In this document: positions 1-9,757 of the stretch, one piece after another | Position numbering within the stretch: position 1 is the stretch's first letter | Layout: each line of letters starts with the position of its first letter | NCBI GenBank assembly: GCA_050506795.1 | Contig: JBJHCF010000009.1 | Span: 32,001-96,000 of the forward strand | DNA from: Opitutia bacterium | GTDB taxonomy: Bacteria > Verrucomicrobiota > Verrucomicrobiia > Opitutales > T3Sed10-336 | Length of the DNA stretch: 64,000 nucleotides | Direction of reading: 5' to 3' | Position numbers and translations under genes: made by a program | Notes under the pieces: model-generated | Told to the model about the DNA's origin: nothing | Database searches by the model: none | What the model saw: only the letters and a program-made list of their open reading frames with translations

Positions 1-1565
1 ACTTGAGTGAAGTCCCGGGTGTTCGGGTACACTAGCGTCGAGGTATCGGCGCGCGGGGTACGGGGCTGCTCGATTCCGGTTCCGGCATAAGCGGAAGCCG
101 GAATGGAGACGATCCACGAGGGATTGTTGTTCGCCGTCGAGCCCATCACGTCACCCTCTTCGGTCAGTCCTATGCCCCAGGTGTTGTTGGTCGTGTTTTG
201 CAGCAATTCGAGTTTCGAAAGGTCCGGGCGAAAACGGAAGACGGACTGCCCGAACTCATGGTGCTCGCCGTGCAACTCCATATCGATGCCGCTGTAACCG
301 ACTACCGCGTAGATCCAGTTGTCGAGCCCGTAGTGAAAATGAGAGGTCGAGGCGTGGGTGTCCCAGATCCGCAACCCGGTGGCAAGGACCTCGCGGGTAT
401 CGGCCTTGCCGTCACCGGTCTCGTCGCGCAGGAAAACGATATCGCGCCCGTCGGTGGCAAGAACACCGCCGTTGACGAAGACCGTGGTCGTCGCATGCCG
501 GAGCCCCTCCGCGAACACGGTCATCTTGTCGGCGCGCCCGTCGCCGGTAGTGTCTTCGAGAATCTTGATCCGGTCCATTCCGGTGCCCGGCTCTTCGGGA
601 ACGTCGTTCGGATAGCCGAGAGCTTCCACCACCCAGGCGCGCCCGTGCTCGTCCCAGTCGATCGCGATCGGATTGACGACCATCGGCTCGCTGGCAAACA
701 GCTCCAACCGCGTGCCGGCCGGGACCTGGGTATGGGCGGCGCTCTCCTCGGGAGAGAAAGGGGTTTGCAGCGGGAGCATGGGAATGTCCGGAAAGGCGCG
801 ATCCTCCAACTCCGGCTCGACATGAACAATCTCCGGTAATTCAAATGACCGGAACGCCTCCGCCCGTTCATCGCCCACCGCCCAAAGGATCGCCCGGTAC
901 AAGAGGGTCTGGAACGTCCCTTCCTCCCACACCTCGGTGCCATGGCCGCCGGCCGTGTAGAATACCCGCCCATTCTCTTCTTCGCGTACCCAGGACCAGG
1001 GCACCGGCTCGGTTTCGCCGGCATTGAGAGGCGGTCGCACCTGGAGAACATGGACGTCGTCGGCGAAATCGACGTGCCGGTAGGTCTGGTCTTCAATCTC
1101 GGATTCCCGAAGCTCAAGGGTGACAACATGCTCCGTATCCACCGTCTCAGGAGTAAAGGAATGCACTTCGAAATTCTCCAGGGCGGCTCCGATCAACGCG
1201 GTCCACTCCGGTGAATCCGGAAAACTCTTGCTCGCACTGTGAACGGCGACCAGGCCCCCGCCGTCGCGGATCCAGGGGATAACATCGGCCGGGAGCGCCT
1301 CCTGCCGGTTGGCGTAGACCATGAGCGCGTCGTGCCGGTCGAGCGTTGCCCGGTTGAGCCGGTCCAGGTCCTCCAGATAGCTGAGGTTGATCCCTTGAGT
1401 CCCCAGGACGAGCTTGAGGGCGCGATAGCGCTCCAGGGGCTGGTGCTCACCGTCGTCGCCCACGAAGAGCACTTCGAGGCGGCGAGGGTCCGATGCGGGT
1501 TGAGCATGGATGAAAGTGGCGGAGGTGACGGCGGTGAGAACAAGGAGAAGGATTTTGTTTATCAT
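1..1565 (-). CDS. PVC-type heme-binding (CxxCH) family protein with N-terminal ThuA-like domain and beta-propeller; 3' part runs off the left edge
   Basis: Not in the ORF track because its stop lies outside the window. Translated by hand from ATG 1565: MINKILLLVLTAVTSATFIHAQ (signal peptide), then RRLEVLFVGDDGEHQP, later LELFASEPMVVNPIAIDWDEHGRAWVVE, DRIKILEDTTGDGRADKMTVFAEGL and NNTWGIGLTEEGDVMGSTAN. These match the family's propeller motifs. The CxxCH site itself is not in the window. Confidence 0.8.
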   Translation of the reverse strand, partial: MINKILLLVLTAVTSATFIHAQPASDPRRLEVLFVGDDGEHQPLERYRALKLVLGTQGINLSYLEDLDRLNRATLDRHDALMVYANRQEALPADVIPWIRDGGGLVAVHSASKSFPDSPEWTALIGAALENFEVHSFTPETVDTEHVVTLELRESEIEDQTYRHVDFADDVHVLQVRPPLNAGETEPVPWSWVREEENGRVFYTAGGHGTEVWEEGTFQTLLYRAILWAVGDERAEAFRSFELPEIVHVEPELEDRAFPDIPMLPLQTPFSPEESAAHTQVPAGTRLELFASEPMVVNPIAIDWDEHGRAWVVEALGYPNDVPEEPGTGMDRIKILEDTTGDGRADKMTVFAEGLRHATTTVFVNGGVLATDGRDIVFLRDETGDGKADTREVLATGLRIWDTHASTSHFHYGLDNWIYAVVGYSGIDMELHGEHHEFGQSVFRFRPDLSKLELLQNTTNNTWGIGLTEEGDVMGSTANNNPSWIVSIPASAYAGTGIEQPRTPRADTSTLVYPNTRDFTQ

Positions 1566-1922
1566 CGATTTGGTCCAAGGAAGGCTGACTTTTCCGCGAA
1601 ACACACCTCGCCAGAATCAAGGAAACTTACCGAGATGTGTGGTCACAATTATATAGAGATCTATCCTGGCGGGTATAGCCAGCTTCGTTCAAGCTTTTCT
1701 TTAACCCATGCGTGCGTTTTTCCGACGCTTGCGAAATCGAAGTCGCCGATATCTGTAAATTCATTCCCTTCTAATGAACGCTATTAAACTTTCTCCAGAT
1801 CAGACCGCACTCTGATGTCGCTGAACGGCGCCTGGCGGCACCGCTTGCCCAAGCGCAAATTAGATTCCATGGCATTCGAGGTTTCCATTTGGGTGAGTTT
1901 GTGAATACTTCAAGTTCTCATT

Positions 1923-2873
1923 ATGGGTGTTAGCGGAAAAAATCTCGCGCGGTGGTATCGGGAAGTGGCGCAACACCTGGCCGCCGGTTTGCCGTTGCCC
2001 CGGGCGGTGGTGAACGCGGGCGGTCCGGCGCGAAAGGACCGCAAACGCATGGAGGAGGAACTGACGGCCGGACGCTCCTGGCAGGAGGTCCTCAAATCCG
2101 CTCACTGGCTGCCGGCTGAAGATCGGCCTCTGCTGGGCGCGGCGGGGGAAAACGGACGCCTGGTCGAGGTGCTGGGACCCTTGTCCAAAAAGCGGGCCTT
2201 GCTGGCCGATCAAAACCGTCGCGCGGTCGGGGCATGCATTTACCCGCTGCTGGTGCTGCATTTCGGCGTGCTTGCGGTGCCACTACGGTTGCTGGTCACC
2301 GGGGATACCGACCTCTACCTGCAGCAAGTCGGCATCGTTCTCATTCCTTTGTGGGTGGTCGTGGCAATCCTGACCTGGGGGGCTCGCGGCCGTCACCGCT
2401 GGCTGCAATTCGTCACGCGCTCCATCCCCTTCTTTCGCGCCTACAGCAAACGACGGGCGCTGGCGGATCTCGCCTTCACGCTGGAGGGTGGCGTGATTGC
2501 CGGGCAGTCGATCCTGCGCGCCTGGGACAACGCGGGATTCGCTTCCGGCGATCGACGTCTGCAACAGGCCGCCGCCCAAATCACCGCCGCCGCCCGCGAT
2601 GGCGAAGAGCCGGGCGCCGCCCTGAGCCGGGAGAAGGCCTTTCCCGAGGATTTCGTCTCGCTTTATCTCACGGGCGAAAAGACGGGACAACTCGACGATA
2701 ACCTGGGCCACCTCGCACGGATCTACTCCGAGCGCGCCTCGGACAGTCTGCGAGCGGCCACGGCCTTTTATCCCAAAGTCCTCTATTTTCTGGTCGTCCT
2801 CTGGGTGGTCTACACGGTGCTGTCATTCTATGCCGGATACTACGGGCAAATCGGGGAATTCGAGCGGTTCTAA
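1923..2873 (+). CDS. Type II secretion system F / PilC family inner-membrane protein
   Basis: Two T2SSF-like domains (AAGLPL...AAGENGRL...IYP and GEKTGQLDDNLGHLARIY...FYP), each followed by TM segments. Confidence 0.8.
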   Translation: MGVSGKNLARWYREVAQHLAAGLPLPRAVVNAGGPARKDRKRMEEELTAGRSWQEVLKSAHWLPAEDRPLLGAAGENGRLVEVLGPLSKKRALLADQNRRAVGACIYPLLVLHFGVLAVPLRLLVTGDTDLYLQQVGIVLIPLWVVVAILTWGARGRHRWLQFVTRSIPFFRAYSKRRALADLAFTLEGGVIAGQSILRAWDNAGFASGDRRLQQAAAQITAAARDGEEPGAALSREKAFPEDFVSLYLTGEKTGQLDDNLGHLARIYSERASDSLRAATAFYPKVLYFLVVLWVVYTVLSFYAGYYGQIGEFERF

Positions 2874-2976
2874 GCCAGGGAACAGCCGAGCCGGAAGCGA
2901 AACCACCGATGCGTCGGGTGAATAATTGACTTGGCGGCCTTCAGGGATTTCACTCGTTGCCGAAGAAGGTAATCCC

Positions 2977-5900
2977 ATGTTTGAAAAACGATTCCGCATA
3001 ACCCCGTGCCTGCTGCTGCTCGCAGGGGCCGTGTCTCCGTTATTCGCCGGTTCCCTCGCCTGGACGTGGCATCAGCCGCTGCCGCAGGGGAATTCACTCA
3101 CCACGCTGGCAGCGGGGGATGATTTTCTCATCGCCGCGGGATTACAGGGAACCGTTCTACGTTCCGAGAACGGCGAGAACTGGGAGCACATCGACACGGG
3201 CCCGGACGAAACGTTCTTTTCGTCCGCCTACGGCGACGGTCGCATTCTGCTGGGCGGCAACGGGGTGATCCTTTCCACTCAGGACGGCATTACCTGGACC
3301 GAAGTACTCGACACGGACGGCGTCATCGTGCAGGGCATCGCCTACGGCGAGGGAACCTGGGTGGCCGTCGGACGGTACTTTAACCAGGAGGAATCAAGAA
3401 CCGACAGCACGGTTTTCCGTTCCTTCGACGGTGTTGAATGGGAGCGACATGACTTCGAAGCGGGAGAGAACTTTTTCGTCCGTGACGTCGCCTTCGGCGC
3501 CGGCGACCGATTCGTGCTGACCGGCAGTCCGCCGGGTGCGTTGAGCAGCAGCGTGCTCGTATCCACGAACTCCGGCCAATCCTGGACACCGGCAAACGAT
3601 CCCCTTGAGTTCGCGGGTCAGTCGTTGACCTGGAACGGAGCAAACTTCGCCGTCGCGGGCGCCAACGGCGGCGTGGCCTTTTCGAGCGATGGGTTGCAGT
3701 GGGAAACGCGAAACGCGGACAGCCCGATGGCGTTGCGCCATATTCTTTACGCGGACGGACTCTGGGTGGCGGCCGGGCTCTCGTTTCAAGGAAACCGGGA
3801 ACCGGGGCTTCTCTATTCGACCGACGGAGTCGAGTGGGAAGAAACAGTTCTGCCCTATGCCAACAGCACCCCAACCGCGATCCTCCATTTCGCCGGCCAG
3901 TTCCTGACGGTCGGCCTCGATGGCGCCACCCTCAAAGGGAATCACCCGGAGAACCTGCAACCGGTCGCCAATGGCCTTCGCCGCCCCCTGAGCGGCATTG
4001 CCCACAACGGCGCCAGGTATGTCGCGGTCGGCGGACCGCCCCCACCGGAAACGCGCTTTTCCACCAATCCGATTCCCGGCAACACCATTGGAGGCGAGCA
4101 GACCATCCTCACATCCACGGACCTCCAGACCTGGACCGCGCTTGAAACCGCCAGTGACGAGCCCCTTTTCAGCATCACCTACGGCAATGGACGTTTCGTG
4201 GCGGTGGGAAACAACGGCACGGTCCTGACCTCGGACGACGGACTGGAATGGACCGCGCGCGATTCCGGCACCGAAAGCAACCTCACGGGCGTGGCTTACG
4301 GCAACGGATATTTTGTGGCGGTGGGACGCAACCTCTCCTATATCGGTATTTCCCCTGACGGCATTAACTGGACGGAACCCGACCATGTCCCGGCCATCAC
4401 CGAAGGTTTGTCCGATGTTGTTTTCGCCGACGGACGTTTTGTTGCGGTCGGATCAACGAGGGACGGCGTATTGCATACGACGAACCCTTTGTCCTGGGAG
4501 CGCGTCTCGGGCTCGTTCGACGAGGCAATCCTGCTATCGGTAACGCACGGGGCCAACGGTTTTGTCGCCGCCGGGTTCACTTCCATTTCCTCAAACGCTC
4601 CGTTCGTCCTGTCCTCCCAAAACGGGATCGACTGGACACAGGAAACGATTGAGGGCGCTCTCCCGATTACCGCCGTCACCGCTACGCCGGACGGTTACCT
4701 CGCCGCGGCCAGCTTTTTCGATTTCAGTTTCGGAAACACCGCGTTCCATACTTCGACGGACGGCCAGGTGTGGACTGAAGTCCCCGCATTCCCGCGTCCC
4801 CGGTTGATCTGGGACTTCGTGGTCACCGGCGACGGCGCCGTGGGAGTCGGCGACGGAGGCTCCATCGTGTCCACCTCCTTCACCGATCCCATCATTGAAC
4901 AACACCCCCAATCCCTTTCAGCCTTTTCGGGTGAAACCGTCGAGTTTACCGTGGCCGCAAGTGATCCCCTTGGCGGCGAGCTTGCCTACCAGTGGCTCTT
5001 TGAAGGAGACGCGATCGTATCCGATACCCGCATCAGCGGAACCGAATCAAACACGTTGCGTATCGAAAATGTCCATCCGGACGACGCGGGAGAGTACCGG
5101 GTGGTGGTCGGCAACGCGCAGGGAACGGTCACCAGCCAGGCAGCTTTGCTCACGGTGCAGGCCCTGCTCCGGGTCAGCCTCGATTTCGACGAAAACACGC
5201 CGGGATGGGGGGTCACGCGTTTTGACTCCGTACAGGAAGCGATCGACGCCGCACCGGCGGACGAGGCCTCCACCCTTGTGGTCGAACCGGGCGTCTATTT
5301 CGAAAATCTTCGCCTCCACGGCAAGCCCATCACCTTAACCGGCACCGACCCGCGGAATGCGGAGATCGTGGCTTCGACCGTTCTCGACGGCTCGGCGCAG
5401 GCGGACAGCGTGATTGCCATCATTGACGGTGAGGACAACCGCACCCGGATCCGCGGATTCACCATCCGAAACGGAACTCCTTCCGGGTTCAACCTTCGCG
5501 GCGGAGGGATTCGCATCGAGCATAGCACCCCCGTTATCGAGGACAACCGCATCCTGACGAACGCCGGCGGCGACGGGAGCGCAGGGGGCGGTATCTTCGC
5601 CATGGGCACCAATCTCCCCGACTCCGAATTCCTAATCATTCGCCGAAACGAAATCCGGGACAATACCGCCGAAATCGGCGGTGGCATTTTCCTGGTTCAC
5701 CGGTACGTAAAAGTATCTGAGAACCTGATACTCGACAACAGCGCCTACCATGAAGGAGGGGGGATATTCGCCGCCGAAATCCAAGCCGGACGCGGTTACC
5801 TCACCCAAACCGCGATTTTTGTCGAGCACTGCGTCCTGCACGGCAACCGGGCGGCCAACAACCCCGCGGCCGTCCTGCAACGGTTTGGCGAGAGTGATTT

Positions 5901-7053
5901 CGTTAATAACATCGTCGCCGAAAACCGGGCGATCGCCGCTCTTGACCCCTTGGCGCGTCCCTACGGAGCCTATCAGACCGTGATGACCGAAGGCAACTTC
6001 AGCGTGCGCTACAACAATTTCTGGCAAAACGCAGTGGAAGATCGCGGCGCGGAAAACCTTCCCTTTGGCCAGGACGGAAACATCGCCTTTTCCCCCTTGT
6101 TCGCCGACCCGGAGAATTTTAATTTCCGGCTGCGTTCGCAAGCCGGGCGCTGGGATCCAGCGATTGAGGATTGGATCATCGACGTCGAACACAGCCCGCT
6201 CATCGCCGCCGGAGCGCCGAACACCGACGGTTCCCGGCCCAACCTGGGAGCCTACGGGCTTTCCGAAACCGCCAGTCTGGCGCCGGAACAGAGCGTCGTC
6301 TCGATCGCCGCGGTCTCCCCCGGCGACCTGGCCCGGTCGCAGGAGTTGCCTTTGCAGGTGGTGCTGGGACGAACGGGCTCCCTGGACGAGGCGCTTGCAT
6401 TCGAGTTGAGCGCCGGCGGCGACGCCGAAGCGGGAATTGATTTCACCGAGGAAACTCTCCCTGCCGGATTCTCACCCGGCCAGGCCGCACTGACGTTTGA
6501 AATCGCGCCTCTGCCGATCGAATCCGTACGCGGGCATCGCCAACGCATTTATTCACTTGAACCTTCCGAAGCCTTCCTGCCGGGAAATGAGAACACCGCC
6601 ATCATCAACCTCTGGGATCACCCCTACCATGACTGGGTGGCGACGCACTTCTCGCCCGGCGAATGGGAAGACCCGCAACGGGTCGGACCCGAGGCCACGC
6701 CCGGCCAGACCGGATTGACCAACCTCCACCGGGCAGCCTTTGCCATCGGGTTAGAGCCATCACAGAGGGATCGGCTGCCACAGGTGTCCGAGGTCGGGGA
6801 ATCCGTTGGAGAAGACGCCATCAGAAAGATTCGTATCCAGTTCACCCGTCCGGCCCCCCACAACGGTTTCGAATACTCGCTCGAAGCCGCCGAGTCCCTC
6901 CCCCATTGGAGCCCGGCCGAACCGCTGACGGTTACCGTGGAACCGCTGGAAGCGGAGAACGCGGAACGCGTCACCTGGGAGTACGAAAGCTCCAGCCAGT
7001 CTTTTTTCCGAATCCGCACTCGATCGACGGGAAACCTGTACCTGTTTCCATAG
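2977..7053 (+). CDS. Large secreted mosaic protein: BNR/beta-propeller repeats, Ig-like domain, parallel beta-helix, Calx-beta-like domain, C-terminal FFRIR domain
   Basis: ATG 2977 follows a GAAGG RBS and starts a signal peptide (MFEKRFRITPCLLLLAGAVSPLFA). Many S-x-D-G-x-x-W and YGNGRFVAVG repeats; Ig motifs YQW and DAGEYRVVV; PGVYFENL and GGGI beta-helix repeats; degenerate W..HF..GLTNL motif before the terminal domain. Confidence 0.8.
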   Translation: MFEKRFRITPCLLLLAGAVSPLFAGSLAWTWHQPLPQGNSLTTLAAGDDFLIAAGLQGTVLRSENGENWEHIDTGPDETFFSSAYGDGRILLGGNGVILSTQDGITWTEVLDTDGVIVQGIAYGEGTWVAVGRYFNQEESRTDSTVFRSFDGVEWERHDFEAGENFFVRDVAFGAGDRFVLTGSPPGALSSSVLVSTNSGQSWTPANDPLEFAGQSLTWNGANFAVAGANGGVAFSSDGLQWETRNADSPMALRHILYADGLWVAAGLSFQGNREPGLLYSTDGVEWEETVLPYANSTPTAILHFAGQFLTVGLDGATLKGNHPENLQPVANGLRRPLSGIAHNGARYVAVGGPPPPETRFSTNPIPGNTIGGEQTILTSTDLQTWTALETASDEPLFSITYGNGRFVAVGNNGTVLTSDDGLEWTARDSGTESNLTGVAYGNGYFVAVGRNLSYIGISPDGINWTEPDHVPAITEGLSDVVFADGRFVAVGSTRDGVLHTTNPLSWERVSGSFDEAILLSVTHGANGFVAAGFTSISSNAPFVLSSQNGIDWTQETIEGALPITAVTATPDGYLAAASFFDFSFGNTAFHTSTDGQVWTEVPAFPRPRLIWDFVVTGDGAVGVGDGGSIVSTSFTDPIIEQHPQSLSAFSGETVEFTVAASDPLGGELAYQWLFEGDAIVSDTRISGTESNTLRIENVHPDDAGEYRVVVGNAQGTVTSQAALLTVQALLRVSLDFDENTPGWGVTRFDSVQEAIDAAPADEASTLVVEPGVYFENLRLHGKPITLTGTDPRNAEIVASTVLDGSAQADSVIAIIDGEDNRTRIRGFTIRNGTPSGFNLRGGGIRIEHSTPVIEDNRILTNAGGDGSAGGGIFAMGTNLPDSEFLIIRRNEIRDNTAEIGGGIFLVHRYVKVSENLILDNSAYHEGGGIFAAEIQAGRGYLTQTAIFVEHCVLHGNRAANNPAAVLQRFGESDFVNNIVAENRAIAALDPLARPYGAYQTVMTEGNFSVRYNNFWQNAVEDRGAENLPFGQDGNIAFSPLFADPENFNFRLRSQAGRWDPAIEDWIIDVEHSPLIAAGAPNTDGSRPNLGAYGLSETASLAPEQSVVSIAAVSPGDLARSQELPLQVVLGRTGSLDEALAFELSAGGDAEAGIDFTEETLPAGFSPGQAALTFEIAPLPIESVRGHRQRIYSLEPSEAFLPGNENTAIINLWDHPYHDWVATHFSPGEWEDPQRVGPEATPGQTGLTNLHRAAFAIGLEPSQRDRLPQVSEVGESVGEDAIRKIRIQFTRPAPHNGFEYSLEAAESLPHWSPAEPLTVTVEPLEAENAERVTWEYESSSQSFFRIRTRSTGNLYLFP

Positions 7054-7102
7054 TAACCCGTTTCGGATCAAACGTTGAAACGCCTTAACCGTGTCAATCC
7101 TC

Positions 7103-7873
7103 CTAACGGCCCATCCAACCGCCGTCCACCAGGAGGGTGGCGCCGTGGACGTAGGCGGCGGCAGGGGAGGCCAGGAAAACGACCGCGCCTTTGAAATCCG
7201 CGGGCTCGCCCCAGCGGCCGGCGGGGATGCGTTCGAGGATTTGACGGCTGCGGCTGGGGTCATTGCGGAGGGCTTCGGTGTTGTCGGTGGCGATATAACC
7301 GGGGGCGATGGCGTTCACATTGACGCCGTGCGCGGCCCATTCGTTGGCGAAGGCTTTGGTCAATTGCCCCACCCCGCCCTTGCTGGCGGCGTATCCGGGA
7401 ACGGTAATGCCGCCCTGGAAGGTGAGCAGCGAAGCGGTAAAAATCACCTTCCCCTCGCCTCGCGCCACCATCTCTTTACCGATTTCGCGGGTAAGGATGA
7501 ACTGGGCGTTGAGGTTGATTTCGATGATTTTGTCCCAGGACTCGTCCGGGTGCTCGGCGGCGGGCGCGCGCAGGATCGAACCCGCGTTGTTGACCAGGAT
7601 GTCGATCCGGGGATGCGCCTTCTTCACGGTCTCGATGAAGGCATGCAGCGCTGAGCGATCGGAAAAATCACAGGCATAACCGCTGAAACGGCGTCCCAGA
7701 GCGACAACCTCCCGTTCCACCTCGCTGCCGGAGGCCTCAAGCGTGGCGCTGACCCCGATAATATCGGCCCCGGCCTCCGCCAATCCCAACGCCATCGCCC
7801 TCCCGATTCCACGTCGGCACCCGGTGACCAGAGCCGTTTTTCCAACAATTTTAAAGTTGTCGATCACGCTCAT
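7103..7873 (-). CDS. SDR oxidoreductase, KduD-like (2-dehydro-3-deoxy-D-gluconate 5-dehydrogenase family)
   Basis: TGCRRGIG, NNAG, ASLLTFQGGITVPGYAASKGG, NEWAAHGVNVNAIAPGYIATDNT and the VDGGWMGR terminus typical of KduD. Start placed at ATG 7873. Confidence 0.85.
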   Translation of the reverse strand: MSVIDNFKIVGKTALVTGCRRGIGRAMALGLAEAGADIIGVSATLEASGSEVEREVVALGRRFSGYACDFSDRSALHAFIETVKKAHPRIDILVNNAGSILRAPAAEHPDESWDKIIEINLNAQFILTREIGKEMVARGEGKVIFTASLLTFQGGITVPGYAASKGGVGQLTKAFANEWAAHGVNVNAIAPGYIATDNTEALRNDPSRSRQILERIPAGRWGEPADFKGAVVFLASPAAAYVHGATLLVDGGWMGR

Positions 7874-7910
7874 AAGATTTTTCCTTCGCACGGCAGCGAC
7901 TCAGCCCGGT

Positions 7911-8939
7911 TCATTTCTCCGGATTGCCGCATTGTATCAGAATTTTCATGACATCTCCGCCGGTCGACATCAAATCAAGCCCTTTCTTGATATCCTCCAG
8001 GGAATAGATGTCGCTGATCAGACGATCGAGGGGCAAATCACCCGAGGCCGCGAGCTCGATGGCGCGATCGAAATCCCGGTTTTCGTAAACGCGCGCGCCG
8101 CACAAGCGCAACTCACGCCAGAAAAATTGAAAGAGGTCGATCTCCGGCGGTCGGGCGAAAATCCCCACCGCCACAATCAATCCGCGAGCCTTGGGCAAAC
8201 GGGTCATCATTTCGGCCCCGGAAGGATGACCGGTCACTTCGAAAACCACATCGGCGCCGGCGCCCTCGGACAACTCCTCCACCAGCGCCGGCAAATCGAC
8301 CGCCCGGGGGTCAACAGCCTCCAGTCCGAGCGCTTCCAGGTGTTGTACCCGGTAGGGGTTGATTTCCGACACGATCACCCGCGCCCCGTCCCGCCGCGCC
8401 ACCAGGGCAATCAGCGTTCCGATGGGACCGCCCCCCAGGACCACGGCGAGGTCGTTTGACGCCAACTCACCCAAACGAACATCGTGACAGGCCACCGCGA
8501 GGGGCTCGATGAGCGCGGCGCGGGAAAGCGACAAGGCCGCGGGCACCTTCCGCGCGGTGTGCGCCGGGACGACCCAGCGCTCCTGAAACGCGCCCGGAGT
8601 GTCGATACCGAGAAAACGCAGGTTTTCGCAAATATGATCGTGTCCCGCGCGGCAGGTCGGGCATTCGCCGCAGGGGTCAAGCGGCATTACGGTGACCCGA
8701 TCCCCGGCCGCGAAATCGCCGACCCCGTCGCCAACCGTACGCACCACCCCCGACATTTCATGCCCCATCACCTGCGCCGCCGCCACCCGCCAGTCCATTT
8801 TACCGTGGTAGATTCCGACGTCGGTACCGCAGATGCCGCAATAAGCCACTTCGATCTCGATTTCTCCGGGTCCGGGCGCAGCCGGAGCGGTATCCCCGAT
8901 TCTAATGACGTGGTTTCGTTCGTAATAAGCGGCTTTCAT
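7911..8939 (-). CDS. Zinc-dependent MDR-family sugar-acid/alcohol dehydrogenase
   Basis: CGICGTD, GHE, CGECPTCRAGHDHIC structural Zn site and GGGPIG. Confidence 0.9.
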   Translation of the reverse strand: MKAAYYERNHVIRIGDTAPAAPGPGEIEIEVAYCGICGTDVGIYHGKMDWRVAAAQVMGHEMSGVVRTVGDGVGDFAAGDRVTVMPLDPCGECPTCRAGHDHICENLRFLGIDTPGAFQERWVVPAHTARKVPAALSLSRAALIEPLAVACHDVRLGELASNDLAVVLGGGPIGTLIALVARRDGARVIVSEINPYRVQHLEALGLEAVDPRAVDLPALVEELSEGAGADVVFEVTGHPSGAEMMTRLPKARGLIVAVGIFARPPEIDLFQFFWRELRLCGARVYENRDFDRAIELAASGDLPLDRLISDIYSLEDIKKGLDLMSTGGDVMKILIQCGNPEK

Positions 8940-9196
8940 GGCAGGTCGATGGTAATCAAAGAAAAAGGACCCGGCAAACTCAAAACCGTCGAAGAAGCCA
9001 CCCGGGGATTTTTATTCGGCCTCTGAAGGCCGCACGAAAAACGTTTGAGATTCCTCGCTGAGAAATGCGGGGCGCAGCTCGGTCACACTCATAAGTGCGG
9101 CAAATTGTCGGTATTTCCTTACCTTATAAGAACAGCCTTGCAAACGGCTCGCATAGCGTCTAAGAACAATCCGCAATGTAACCGAAGGTTTACGCT

Positions 9197-9757
9197 ATGC
9201 GATACAATACACCCACTATAATCACGGTACTCTTCGCCTTTGTTTTTGGCTCGATCGCGCCAGCGATCGCGGCTTACGACGCGTTTCTCAAAATCGAAGG
9301 TGTGGAGGGCGAATCAGCCGACAAAGATCACGGAGGATGGATCGATATCGAATCGTTTTCCTGGGGAATGAACCACCCCGCCTCCACCAGTGGTGGCGGC
9401 GGAGCCGGCAAAGCCAATTTCATGGAACTCGACCTGGGCAAACATCTCGACAAGGCCACGCCGCTGCTGATGCTCAGGAGCGCGGAGGGTCGACACATTC
9501 CGGAAGCGCACCTGGTTCTCCGCAAGCAGGGGGAATCCGGTCACGTTTTCTTCGAGATTGAATTGAAGAATGTGTTTGTCACCAGTGTCGGCATTCAAGG
9601 CGAGGCCGGCGACACGGTGCCCAGCGAAACCCTTTCGCTCAACTACGAGGAGATTAAAATCACCTACACGCCACAACGCGCGGATGGTGGCCCCGAGGAA
9701 CCGGTTTCCGCCGGATGGAACGTGGCGGAGAACCGGCGGGTTGATACCGATTCATGA
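9197..9757 (+). CDS. hcp: Hcp (T6SS tube protein fold) with N-terminal signal peptide
   Basis: AYDAFLKIEGVEGES..DHGGWIDIESFSWG, KHLDKATPLL, FEIELKNVFVTSV, ETLSLNYEEIKITY and GWN are canonical Hcp1 motifs. They are preceded by a 25-aa hydrophobic leader ending A-I-A. Confidence 0.9.
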   Translation: MRYNTPTIITVLFAFVFGSIAPAIAAYDAFLKIEGVEGESADKDHGGWIDIESFSWGMNHPASTSGGGGAGKANFMELDLGKHLDKATPLLMLRSAEGRHIPEAHLVLRKQGESGHVFFEIELKNVFVTSVGIQGEAGDTVPSETLSLNYEEIKITYTPQRADGGPEEPVSAGWNVAENRRVDTDS

